In this document: positions 20,759 to 29,469 of the stretch, one piece after another
Numbering within the stretch: the first letter of the stretch is position 1
Layout: every line of letters starts with the position of its first letter
IMG/VR virus record: IMGVR_UViG_3300021167_000382
Coordinates: 1 to 64,000 of that record
Direction: 5' to 3' (one strand)
DNA from: a virus
Taxonomy: Duplodnaviria > Caudoviricetes
DNA length: 64,000 bases
Notes under the pieces: model-generated
The model's database searches: none
What the model was told of the DNA's origin: nothing
Seen by the model: only the letters and a program-made list of their open reading frames with translations
Program-made: the position numbers and the translations under genes

Positions 20759-21370
20759 TTATCCTTCAGTAGGAGTAAACGTTATAGCTACTCCCCATGG
20801 AGAAGATTTCAACATACCAATATGTCTTGCTCTGGCATATAGCTGTACACCACTAGGCATAATTCCTGGCTGCACCGACATTCCTGAGGTACCTGACCAG
20901 AATAGATTTGTAAAACCAGAATCATAGGCGATTTGATACTCTGTTCCAACATAAGTATCAGAATAGTTTACTGGAGTAAACGACCCAACTACATAGACTG
21001 CGGCATTTGTCGGAGTACTAAAAACCACAGTTTGCCCGACAGCTAGTTCAGGTGCAATAATCTAACCATTATCGATTGTTGTAAATTGAACGGCCGTTGA
21101 CCATTCTGAAGTTTTAACTGTACCGTTATATCTCAGACGAGAATAATAAATAGTCCCTCCTGCTAAACTAACAGCAGGATTCCAAGAAGTCAGTGATGAT
21201 ACATTACTCATTGAAGAGGCAACGATGTTAGTGAATGCTGCGTCAGTGGCAATTTGCCAATCGCTACTTTCATGGGTATCGCTGTAGTTAAGTGGTGCAA
21301 ATACTGATCCAAGAAGAACTGGAATACGAGGTGTGCTTACAGCACCACCTTGAATTGTGAGCACCGGTGT
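20759..21370 (-). pseudogene. Two tail-fibre modules in frame behind stop codons (readthrough extension or relic of 21371..23836)
   Basis: Same frame as the upstream fibre gene: DNRTV*TPVL and IDNG*IIAP; no ATG start or clear RBS of their own. Confidence 0.7.
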
Positions 21371-23836
21371 TTAAACAGTGCGATTATCTGGAATAACAAA
21401 CTGATACGTTCCAGCTACTGACCAGACATATCGATGTTTTCCATTGACCAGTGAATAGGTTGCACCTGTGGTGACTAGTTGAGCCATGGTTGCTGGGTAT
21501 TCAAAGACGACAACGCCGCTACCACCGTTACCGCCAGATCCAGCGGTACGACCGTTAATCGGAGACCCTCCACCGCCACCGCCACCACCAGACCCTATTC
21601 CACCAGCATTACCTGATAAATGCTCAACGCCACCTGTTCCAGCTATGCCGTATAGCGTAGATGATCCTTTACCGCCAGTTCCGCCAGTTCCGCCAGCTCC
21701 GCCATCGATACTGCCTTCAGTTGCAGCTGCGCCGCTGCGGCCATTACTTCCAGCAAAAGAACCGCCAGTTCCGCCAGCGCCATTGCCTTGAATTGCAGAT
21801 GCAGATCTACCACCGCCACCACCAGTTCCACCAGCTGCACTTATGGCGACACCGTTACCGGTAACTGTACTGACTCCGCCTGCGGCGCCGGATAGACCTG
21901 TTCCATTATTAACATCCGCAACATTCGAACCACCGTTACCACCACTAGCAACATTAACAGTGAATGTTTGGCCTAATAGAAACTGTGTAGTTTGAGTAAT
22001 TAGTGTACCGGCACCACCACCGCCACCACCACCGCCACCATCCCAAATAAAGTAATGTCCGCCACCGCCACCACCACCGCCTGCACCCACTATGTCTAAG
22101 GTAGCGGTTGTAATTGCTGGGGTGTAAAATATAACAGGATCAGACCAGTCAGATGTTTTAAGATTCCCACGTTGACGTGTTCTAATAAAATAACGAAGAC
22201 CGTATGTCAACGTTCCTGTATTCCAAGATGTCAAATTAGTCGTGCTGTTATAGAGAGAATTAACAAGTGTCGAGAAATCTGGCTGAGTTGAAAGCTCCCA
22301 ATCACTAGAGATATGCGTATCGTTGTAACTAACCTGAGAGGAAGCCGTCAGCATGGCTGAAGATGTAACTATCTTAGAAAGTACTGATAGGCTCTCATTA
22401 CTTGTAGGTGATGTAATTAATGGTTTTACAATGCGACGATCATCCACCGACGTCGACAGTGTATAGACATCAGACACCTGAGAAACCAAGAATTGATCTG
22501 TGTATTTAACACGTGCATAATAGACTGAGCTATAACCTAACTCTACACCGATAGACTGAACCTGCGTACTAAACCCATCGTAAATCAAATTAGCAAAATT
22601 AATATCTGTCGAGATTTGCCAGTTTGAAGATAGTATATTTTCACTATATCCAACGGTATCATAAGCTGAGCCAGTGAAAATATAGGTCAACTGTGATTTT
22701 GAAAGATCAGGCGAAGCGGATTGAATAACTGGTTTAACAATATAACGTCCATCTGGAATAGACATAAATTGAATAACATCTGACCAATTAGATTCATTAC
22801 CCCAACCACGATGACGTGCTCTGACATAATACAATGTTGAATAGTTTAGTCCAGATGCTTGCCAGTATTCACCATCTTCAGAATAATAACTATTTGAAAT
22901 GACATTATTAAAATCAGGGTCAGTAGCGACTTCATAGTCTGCATTATGAAAACTATCATTAAGATTAGTTGTACTGAATGGATTCAGTTGGATATTCAAT
23001 GCAACAGTGGTTTTATAGGGATCAACAGGGTCACCGGTTCCAGCTGTTGAACCTTGTGTTGGATAAATAAATGTAGGTTTATTAATATACGCAGGCGTCT
23101 GCTCGATCTGACAGAGTGGTGACCAGTCTGAAACGCGCTCGATGCCATGATAGCGAATACGAATAAATGTCTGCTGCTGCGTTCTAAAGTTTGAGAAAGT
23201 AAAAGTAGTTGATGGATTCCCGTAGATTCCATATATGACTTCAAAAAAACTTGAATCATAACTAAGTTCACAGTCTGCACCTGTGAAAGTTTCAATAATC
23301 TGACCTGTATCGATAGATTCAAAGACAGACCCCTGAACGATCAGAGTTCCTTCTTCAGGAATAATACCTTCCAAAGGTGAAATGATTGAAGGCGTTGTTA
23401 TCATTCCTTCAACTGCCATAATCACAATAGAACGATTATTTACAGAAAATCCACAAGGTCCAGCTTGATCTGGAGCAGTGTAGTAAACATGATTTCCATC
23501 GATATAGCCAGAACCAGAAGTAGCTTCTAGATTATAAGAATCGTAACTATCGTAATTTGTCAACTGGTAAGGTGTAATTGAACCACAGCGTACAGTCAAA
23601 GGGCCATTGATACCTAGTGCATTCGGATTAAGATCTGAAAGATACTCTAGAGGGATTTTTCGATTCTCATTTAGAGGAACTGGGCCACTAGCAGCACCCT
23701 TCATTACACGATCGATGCCACCTAGATTATTCAGGCCGTCAACTTCGGTTTGTCCGCCAGTGCCACCTTCAACAACATGAAATTTATCTACAGGAGACAA
23801 ATCACCGGCACTTGGGTTTGTAATTAACGTCGACAT
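21371..23836 (-). CDS. Modular tail fibre protein, paralog of 10160..13348
   Basis: EGGTGGQT...L.NLG N-terminus, four Fn3-like modules, Gly-rich domain and shared GKHRY.W...GT motif. Confidence 0.75.
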   Translation of the reverse strand: MSTLITNPSAGDLSPVDKFHVVEGGTGGQTEVDGLNNLGGIDRVMKGAASGPVPLNENRKIPLEYLSDLNPNALGINGPLTVRCGSITPYQLTNYDSYDSYNLEATSGSGYIDGNHVYYTAPDQAGPCGFSVNNRSIVIMAVEGMITTPSIISPLEGIIPEEGTLIVQGSVFESIDTGQIIETFTGADCELSYDSSFFEVIYGIYGNPSTTFTFSNFRTQQQTFIRIRYHGIERVSDWSPLCQIEQTPAYINKPTFIYPTQGSTAGTGDPVDPYKTTVALNIQLNPFSTTNLNDSFHNADYEVATDPDFNNVISNSYYSEDGEYWQASGLNYSTLYYVRARHRGWGNESNWSDVIQFMSIPDGRYIVKPVIQSASPDLSKSQLTYIFTGSAYDTVGYSENILSSNWQISTDINFANLIYDGFSTQVQSIGVELGYSSVYYARVKYTDQFLVSQVSDVYTLSTSVDDRRIVKPLITSPTSNESLSVLSKIVTSSAMLTASSQVSYNDTHISSDWELSTQPDFSTLVNSLYNSTTNLTSWNTGTLTYGLRYFIRTRQRGNLKTSDWSDPVIFYTPAITTATLDIVGAGGGGGGGGHYFIWDGGGGGGGGGAGTLITQTTQFLLGQTFTVNVASGGNGGSNVADVNNGTGLSGAAGGVSTVTGNGVAISAAGGTGGGGGRSASAIQGNGAGGTGGSFAGSNGRSGAAATEGSIDGGAGGTGGTGGKGSSTLYGIAGTGGVEHLSGNAGGIGSGGGGGGGGSPINGRTAGSGGNGGSGVVVFEYPATMAQLVTTGATYSLVNGKHRYVWSVAGTYQFVIPDNRTV

Positions 23837-23848
23837 TCAACAAACTCC

Positions 23849-24943
23849 TTATGATTGGATGTGACCCCAGACACCACGATTTGAACTATACACCGTCGGC
23901 GTCTTACCTAACCGAGGCGAGTTCATACAACACGTAATCATGGCATCCAGGATCTTCAAAGAAAACTCATTATTTTTTTTTAGCAGAATCTCGAAGCTAC
24001 GGAAAAGTTCGAGTTTATTAACACCGCCTCGATAGAAGATGATTTGGAAGCGACGATTATCTGCTACATCTGGCATATCCATCGATTGAAGATTGAATGT
24101 TCCAATACCACGTAGTAGCTGAACTGACCCGGAGTTAATCACGAAGTCGAGCGGTGTAGTATCAATATGTTCGATCTTCCAATAAAGCGTATCCACGGCA
24201 CCTTGCGGCCAGGAAGCTTCGATCTGAATTGGAAGTACGTTATTCTGGATAATCGAACCGACCATCGGGGTCAGTTTAAACGTATTGTGGTTATATAGCT
24301 TATTAGAGAGCTGCAATACGTTCAACGGTACCAGCTTTTGATTGGTATCACCATCGACAACATCTTGAAGCTTAGCCGTGTTCTTAGTGACGGATTCAAA
24401 AATCATCTCGTAAGCTGGTGTATTACCCAGCAGAATCGCTTGACGAATTTGCTCCAACACGAACGTCAATGCTTCGAAACCGAATAGATCAGCGACCGCA
24501 TGCGGGTGTTCGGTCGGTGGATATTCATTCGGCTTACCGTAGACACCCGTCACCCAGTCAATGGCACGGTTATCGTTCAGGAAAGTTTCAAAGATAGAAA
24601 CCACATTGGCGATGTTATTCTGGTAAAGACCACCCAGTGCTTGATACGTAATTTTCACCGTGCTGGCAACGGTTTCATCTTCAATAATGAAGCTATCCGC
24701 AACCGCCTGCCCCATACGAAGCGTCGCTTCCTGAGAGATCATGGGAATGCTGTACTGAGAAGCGGTCAGTGGCTGCAGCGTCACACCGTCATAGACTCGA
24801 AGGCTTGCAACATAGAACGGGGCATGACGTGGAACGGCGCAACGATAGCGGCGATCAGTTAATTGAACTACTTCACCACTGACGAGATTATCCGGATTAG
24901 TACCGGTCTCATCCAGTGCAAAACGCTGAGTAATTTGGCTCAC
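23849..24943 (-). CDS. Tail fibre base protein (gp131-family N-terminal domain)
   Basis: D.TG.NPDNLV.GE, P.HAPFY, YQALGG and KP.EYPP..H.H motifs; paralog of 14730..15452. Confidence 0.7.
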   Translation of the reverse strand: MSQITQRFALDETGTNPDNLVSGEVVQLTDRRYRCAVPRHAPFYVASLRVYDGVTLQPLTASQYSIPMISQEATLRMGQAVADSFIIEDETVASTVKITYQALGGLYQNNIANVVSIFETFLNDNRAIDWVTGVYGKPNEYPPTEHPHAVADLFGFEALTFVLEQIRQAILLGNTPAYEMIFESVTKNTAKLQDVVDGDTNQKLVPLNVLQLSNKLYNHNTFKLTPMVGSIIQNNVLPIQIEASWPQGAVDTLYWKIEHIDTTPLDFVINSGSVQLLRGIGTFNLQSMDMPDVADNRRFQIIFYRGGVNKLELFRSFEILLKKNNEFSLKILDAMITCCMNSPRLGKTPTVYSSNRGVWGHIQS

Positions 24944-24995
24944 AATAGGGCTCCTTCAATAAGGTGTTAGTCACCAGATCAACGCATTCCATAGT

Positions 24996-25047
24996 AAAAA
25001 ACAAAAAAGAAAACAAGACAGAGCCTGGGTTTCCCCAGGCTCTGTCT
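24996..25047 (-). terminator. Intrinsic terminator after the TnpB-like gene
   Basis: 14-bp stem at 25016-25047 followed by T-rich tracts on the minus strand. Confidence 0.75.
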
Positions 25048-25056
25048 CATTCATTA

Positions 25057-25692
25057 TTACTCAGCAGAAAGCGAGATGTGGAAGGAAGTCGCTTTGCAAC
25101 CGTCATCCGGTACAAAGTCTTTCATCCGAGCAGGACGTTTCTTAGTAATCGTTAGGCTACAACGACCCTTTTCAACGCCACTGATACCTTTGACCCGGAA
25201 AGAGATCTTCTTACCATCCAAGTCAAGTTCAACCATATCACCTGACACTGACCAATCCTTCTCAAGAAACCGAATGGTTCGAGTGGAACCACGTTGTTTC
25301 AGGCTAGGTGCATAGGGGTATTCCGTACCATCCCCATATTTCTTATGCACATAAATGTAAGCCTGAATCAGATCTTCCATACGGTTAACTGCCACCTCAC
25401 CCGGCAACTCACGAACAGCACGCATTCGCTGTTTCCAGACATCAGAGAGTTGGAACGGAATACCTAGGTCTTCTTCAAGCACCAAGATACGATACGCGGC
25501 AGTGACAGTATTTCGAATCTGAGGAATCACTACAGCCGCATCCTTCGATGATCTGGCGATTTCTAAAACCGCATCACCGATATGATAGACTAGGCAATTC
25601 CACAGATTAGTCGTATGGCTAAGAAGGAGACGAATCTCCTTTTCAGCTGACTCATTGAGATCCACGTAAAATCGGTTCTTCACCGAATCCAT
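25057..25692 (-). CDS. TnpB/Cas12f-like N-terminal lobe (WED+REC) protein lacking RuvC
   Basis: ATG at 25692 with GAGGAG RBS, 211 aa; by-eye colinear match to IS605 OrfB N-terminal motifs. Confidence 0.6.
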   Translation of the reverse strand: MDSVKNRFYVDLNESAEKEIRLLLSHTTNLWNCLVYHIGDAVLEIARSSKDAAVVIPQIRNTVTAAYRILVLEEDLGIPFQLSDVWKQRMRAVRELPGEVAVNRMEDLIQAYIYVHKKYGDGTEYPYAPSLKQRGSTRTIRFLEKDWSVSGDMVELDLDGKKISFRVKGISGVEKGRCSLTITKKRPARMKDFVPDDGCKATSFHISLSAE

Positions 25693-25696
25693 GGTG

Positions 25697-27421
25697 CTAC
25701 TCCTCAAAGATAGTGAACACGTTCGCTGAGATGGCGGATTCCCAGAAGACCCACTTCTTACCATCCAGCGTCAACAGATAGTTCTTTGTCGCTTGGCATT
25801 GCTTGGCCAACTTGTTAATTTGGAACAGGACATCGAACAACCCATTCTGCGTATCCTGCGTCACATTCATCGGCTGGCGACCGACATCATACGCCAATTC
25901 AGAAGCAGTTGCTGACAATACCGTCACCATGCAGCGTGTGGTCAGGATTTCATAACCCACTGCTGCGTTGGGTGGTTCTTCCAGGTCAGGCAACGTTGCA
26001 TTACCATGAGAGTCCATCTCGAACATCGTGGTGAGAAGATGTCGTTGATAGGTACTGAAGGCAGGGTTGGCCTTGGTCGAGTACGTGGAAGAAATGTAGC
26101 CTTGAACATCGCCACCGTCTTCCATGATGCCAGAGATATCGAATCCGCCATTCGGCATCGCGTGCTTGAAGTACTGGTTGACGTAGTTCGTAATGAACCG
26201 ATCCAGCTTGTTCAGCCAGATGTTAGCATAGTAGTGAAGTTCCTTATCGGTTTCTGCTGATTCTTCCAGCTTGGCCCGATACGTATTCATGGTTTCGCTA
26301 ACAGCAGCCAGCGTACGACATTCACGGAGCATGTCAAACAGATTACCCGTTTCCACAGACGAGATGACGGGATTCAGCAACGTTATTTCGTATGGCCAGA
26401 GCTTGAACTCACCCAACTTCAACTTACCAGATACCCCTGCTTCGATGGTCTGGAACGCACCTGACAGCGTACTGTCATCAAGCTTAGTGACTTCCTGAAG
26501 CTCAGTCGTTGAGATATTGATCTTCGGTGCCGCCTTACCCTGTTCTGTCTTATTATGGGCAGGTACTACTTTCTGAACCTTAGGCCGTCCAGCTACAGTA
26601 TGCGCTTGACCGCGATATGCGATCCCATGTAGATTGCTATTCACATGACCCCCTTGATTTGTTTGATTAGATTGTTCGACGTTAGCCGTCTTACGCGGTG
26701 CTGAGCCAAACTTCGTGACGATGAAGTTGTCTCGGGTATTACTATGTCCAGTGACTGGCGAGAGTCCGGATACCGCCGGATTCACACCGCTCGTCCCACC
26801 GCCAGCTACCCGGTGATGCTGGAAATGACCTTGCTGATGCTGCGGGTAATTCGCTACTTGACGATGGACACCGGCATAGTTATGCGGTGCGTTCATCTGC
26901 AGAGAAGCCATATGCTGCATGGGCTGCTGCATACCCATCGATTGCGTTGCTTGCATACCGTAGATGGAATCTGCCTTATGCTGATAATCGGCAAAAATAG
27001 CATTATTCTGAATCACACGCTGCTGCGTCTGCGGATCAAGGCGCATAAAGTATTCTTGGTAACTGGAAGCCATATAGGACGCATACAGCTGAGAGAACTC
27101 ACTCGCCGTCTGCTGCAACGTCACATAAATGTTACTGGCCGAATTTGTAAACTTCTTATACACCGTGTAGTCGACAACCAGACGAACGATATCGAAGAAG
27201 TCTTTGTTATTCCAGTTGTTAGCGGACATCAAATTGTAACAGAACATCCGCGTGGTTGAGGTAGATGCTGCTTCACTGATTGCATTGGCGCAGAAAGCAG
27301 CGGCAGAGACCAAAAGCTGAGCACCTTCCGGATGCACCTGAATACTCGGAACAACAGGGGGATTGTTCTGAGGATAGATGTAGATCGGTGTCAGCATTTG
27401 GTCGTACGGTACTGGTAGCAT
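25697..27421 (-). CDS. Conserved jumbo-phage hypothetical protein downstream of the nvRNAP beta subunit
   Basis: 574-aa ORF with an MLPVP start and a central Q/H/N-rich low-complexity segment. Confidence 0.7.
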   Translation of the reverse strand: MLPVPYDQMLTPIYIYPQNNPPVVPSIQVHPEGAQLLVSAAAFCANAISEAASTSTTRMFCYNLMSANNWNNKDFFDIVRLVVDYTVYKKFTNSASNIYVTLQQTASEFSQLYASYMASSYQEYFMRLDPQTQQRVIQNNAIFADYQHKADSIYGMQATQSMGMQQPMQHMASLQMNAPHNYAGVHRQVANYPQHQQGHFQHHRVAGGGTSGVNPAVSGLSPVTGHSNTRDNFIVTKFGSAPRKTANVEQSNQTNQGGHVNSNLHGIAYRGQAHTVAGRPKVQKVVPAHNKTEQGKAAPKINISTTELQEVTKLDDSTLSGAFQTIEAGVSGKLKLGEFKLWPYEITLLNPVISSVETGNLFDMLRECRTLAAVSETMNTYRAKLEESAETDKELHYYANIWLNKLDRFITNYVNQYFKHAMPNGGFDISGIMEDGGDVQGYISSTYSTKANPAFSTYQRHLLTTMFEMDSHGNATLPDLEEPPNAAVGYEILTTRCMVTVLSATASELAYDVGRQPMNVTQDTQNGLFDVLFQINKLAKQCQATKNYLLTLDGKKWVFWESAISANVFTIFEE

Positions 27422-27457
27422 GAGAGTGCTCCTAAGTTTAGGGGTGGTTAGAACAAC

Positions 27458-29116
27458 TTACAAATTGAACAGCGGTTTGTTACTTTCGATCAAGTCTTTA
27501 AACTTCGGATCAGGAAGGACTGTATTAGTACGTTCGTCGAGTTTGATCCAGGGATTAACTCGGACTACAGGCGTCGGATTCGCCTTAGGTAGATTCAGAA
27601 TGGAACCGGTCGTTACCATACTCAGGTCCAGCCAATGCTCTGGCCCAGGTACGATTCGTTTCTCAGTATCACGATTACCGCCTGAACGGCTTTCTTGCTG
27701 AGCCACGATAGAGGTGATCTTCGGGTATTTATGATCACCGCTGTAACCAACGACTTCAGACACGATCTTATTACCACTAGCCAGATCAAAGATAGCGCCC
27801 ATGCGGATCACACGACGAATATGAGTTTCCACATCGTTAAGTGTGATGTTACCACGAGTAGCCACTTTGTTCAGCTTGAACTTCATCATCGTAATCCCGT
27901 AAAGGATATCGTAGACGACATAGTGGTAAAGCTCCAGATTCTTTCCGTAGATACTTAACCCGGTAGTATCGTTGGTTCGAATGAAGTCATTGAACATGAC
28001 CTGGATATAGTTCAGGAGATCAAAATAGTTCTCCAGCACAATACCTGATTCAGCCAGCTTATCCTTTGCTGCTTGGTCCAGATAAGGCTCGATCGTTTCG
28101 AAGTGTTCCCGGATACTAGAGTACAGCTTATTCTCCGGATAGTTCCCACTAAAACGAATATGACCAATCAGAATCATCCACAGCGAGCGATCGTCTAGGA
28201 AACTGATGTCTGGCTGAAAGCGATTCGGGAAGTGATCCAGAACGTAGTAAAAACCAGTAACCAGACAGCATACTTGATGATTCCAAGCTTTCTTCGGTAC
28301 AGCCAACCGGACGTTCGTCGCGGTATAGTGCTTATCGATGTTGCTCTTGCTAGGCTGCATCTTGGTACTAGCACAGATGATCCATTCTTCCGGATCATAG
28401 AGTTCAGGGGTGATTTCCTGATCACTGCCCACCACAGGCACGATGCCTGCATAGCGCTGGAATGCGCCTGTGAAACCATATTGACCAAAGAGATAGTGCG
28501 GAAGCACCGTCTTTGCTTTTGTGGTGACTTCACGAGCAGATGCAGACCGACCCTTGGCAGAGTTCCGATAGATCTCAGCATGTGTGACACAGTGCGTCTC
28601 ACGACGTTCATTGAGCACGATGGTGTGGTAAAGTCTGAAGAAATTATTCTTGTCCTGGTCCAATCGAACAAAAATAGACGCATGTTCACCCCGAGAATTT
28701 GCAGTGAACACTTTATCCGACAGGACGGGGACCAGATGAGTCTCCGTTCCGCCGATCATCATCAAACCGCCATCGTAGACGAAAGGCAGGTAGATATGTT
28801 TCGCGATTTCATGAACCACACCCAGTTCATCAGTGTATTCAAAAACATAACGATTCATGTAAACGGTTGATTTGGCTAAGTTGAAATGACGGCGATTACT
28901 ACGAAGTCGCGTGATCTCTTCAAACTCATCCCGCGGACTACAGCGTTCATAACGGACATACCGAACAGCTGGCGGCATGCCAACACAGATAGAGCGAATC
29001 TGTGCATCGAGATATTCCTCGAGATGCTTCAGTGCTTTCACGGCAAGACCGTTCATCACGTCTTCATTCATCGGAGGCGTATGTTCTTTCAACATTCTAC
29101 TGAACAACTTGTTCAA
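27458..29116 (-). CDS. Non-virion RNA polymerase beta subunit, N-terminal part (phiKZ gp123-like)
   Basis: P.MN..V.NGLA, IYLPFV..GG.M.I.G...L.PVL.D and GS.LNLPK.NP motifs; 552 aa. Confidence 0.8.
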   Translation of the reverse strand: MNKLFSRMLKEHTPPMNEDVMNGLAVKALKHLEEYLDAQIRSICVGMPPAVRYVRYERCSPRDEFEEITRLRSNRRHFNLAKSTVYMNRYVFEYTDELGVVHEIAKHIYLPFVYDGGLMMIGGTETHLVPVLSDKVFTANSRGEHASIFVRLDQDKNNFFRLYHTIVLNERRETHCVTHAEIYRNSAKGRSASAREVTTKAKTVLPHYLFGQYGFTGAFQRYAGIVPVVGSDQEITPELYDPEEWIICASTKMQPSKSNIDKHYTATNVRLAVPKKAWNHQVCCLVTGFYYVLDHFPNRFQPDISFLDDRSLWMILIGHIRFSGNYPENKLYSSIREHFETIEPYLDQAAKDKLAESGIVLENYFDLLNYIQVMFNDFIRTNDTTGLSIYGKNLELYHYVVYDILYGITMMKFKLNKVATRGNITLNDVETHIRRVIRMGAIFDLASGNKIVSEVVGYSGDHKYPKITSIVAQQESRSGGNRDTEKRIVPGPEHWLDLSMVTTGSILNLPKANPTPVVRVNPWIKLDERTNTVLPDPKFKDLIESNKPLFNL

Positions 29117-29187
29117 GGTGATCTCCGGGTAGTGTTATTTTAGGAGGGAATGATGCGTTACAAAAGATGTAAGATAGGATATAGATT

Positions 29188-29469
29188 TTAACCAGATCCC
29201 ATGTTAGATGTACATGAGTTCCTTCGAAGTTTCTGAAGGATCTCTTGCATGTTAGTTGGCACTGGACGATTGTGACGACGATAGAGGTCAATTGTCTTGT
29301 GAACATAGTCCTCACGAATAGAACCGATGAACTGAAGTCCTTCAGCAACGAACTCAGGGGACATCGGTTTATTCTCAATGATAGTCATGTAACTTCTAAT
29401 CCGATTATCCAGATCTTCACGAAGTATGACCAACTCAGCATCGAAGCTTAATTTCGGCATCATCGACAA
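29188..29469 (-). CDS. Hypothetical protein
   Basis: 93-aa ORF coupled to the upstream gene by overlap. Confidence 0.55.
   Translation of the reverse strand: MSMMPKLSFDAELVILREDLDNRIRSYMTIIENKPMSPEFVAEGLQFIGSIREDYVHKTIDLYRRHNRPVPTNMQEILQKLRRNSCTSNMGSG
29204..29217 (-). promoter_or_regulatory. Candidate phage promoter motif TCATGTACATCTAA
   Basis: Near copy of the motifs at 30894 and 33204, about 90 nt upstream of the RNAP gene. Confidence 0.5.

Noticed and set aside
21486-22090. ccaccgcca-type tandem repeats and a Pro-rich antisense ORF
   Set aside because: These are simply poly-Gly codons of the fibre Gly-rich domain.
20759-23836. Genome-wide stop codon reassignment as the explanation for the in-frame stops
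   Set aside because: TAA ends most genes, and TAG ends 25697..27421 and 59119..59820 at sensible boundaries. Core genes are not fragmented.
24944-25056. omegaRNA or CRISPR array downstream of the TnpB-like gene
   Set aside because: Only a terminator and the next gene's leader are present, with no repeats. Any guide would have to be internal to the gene or supplied in trans.
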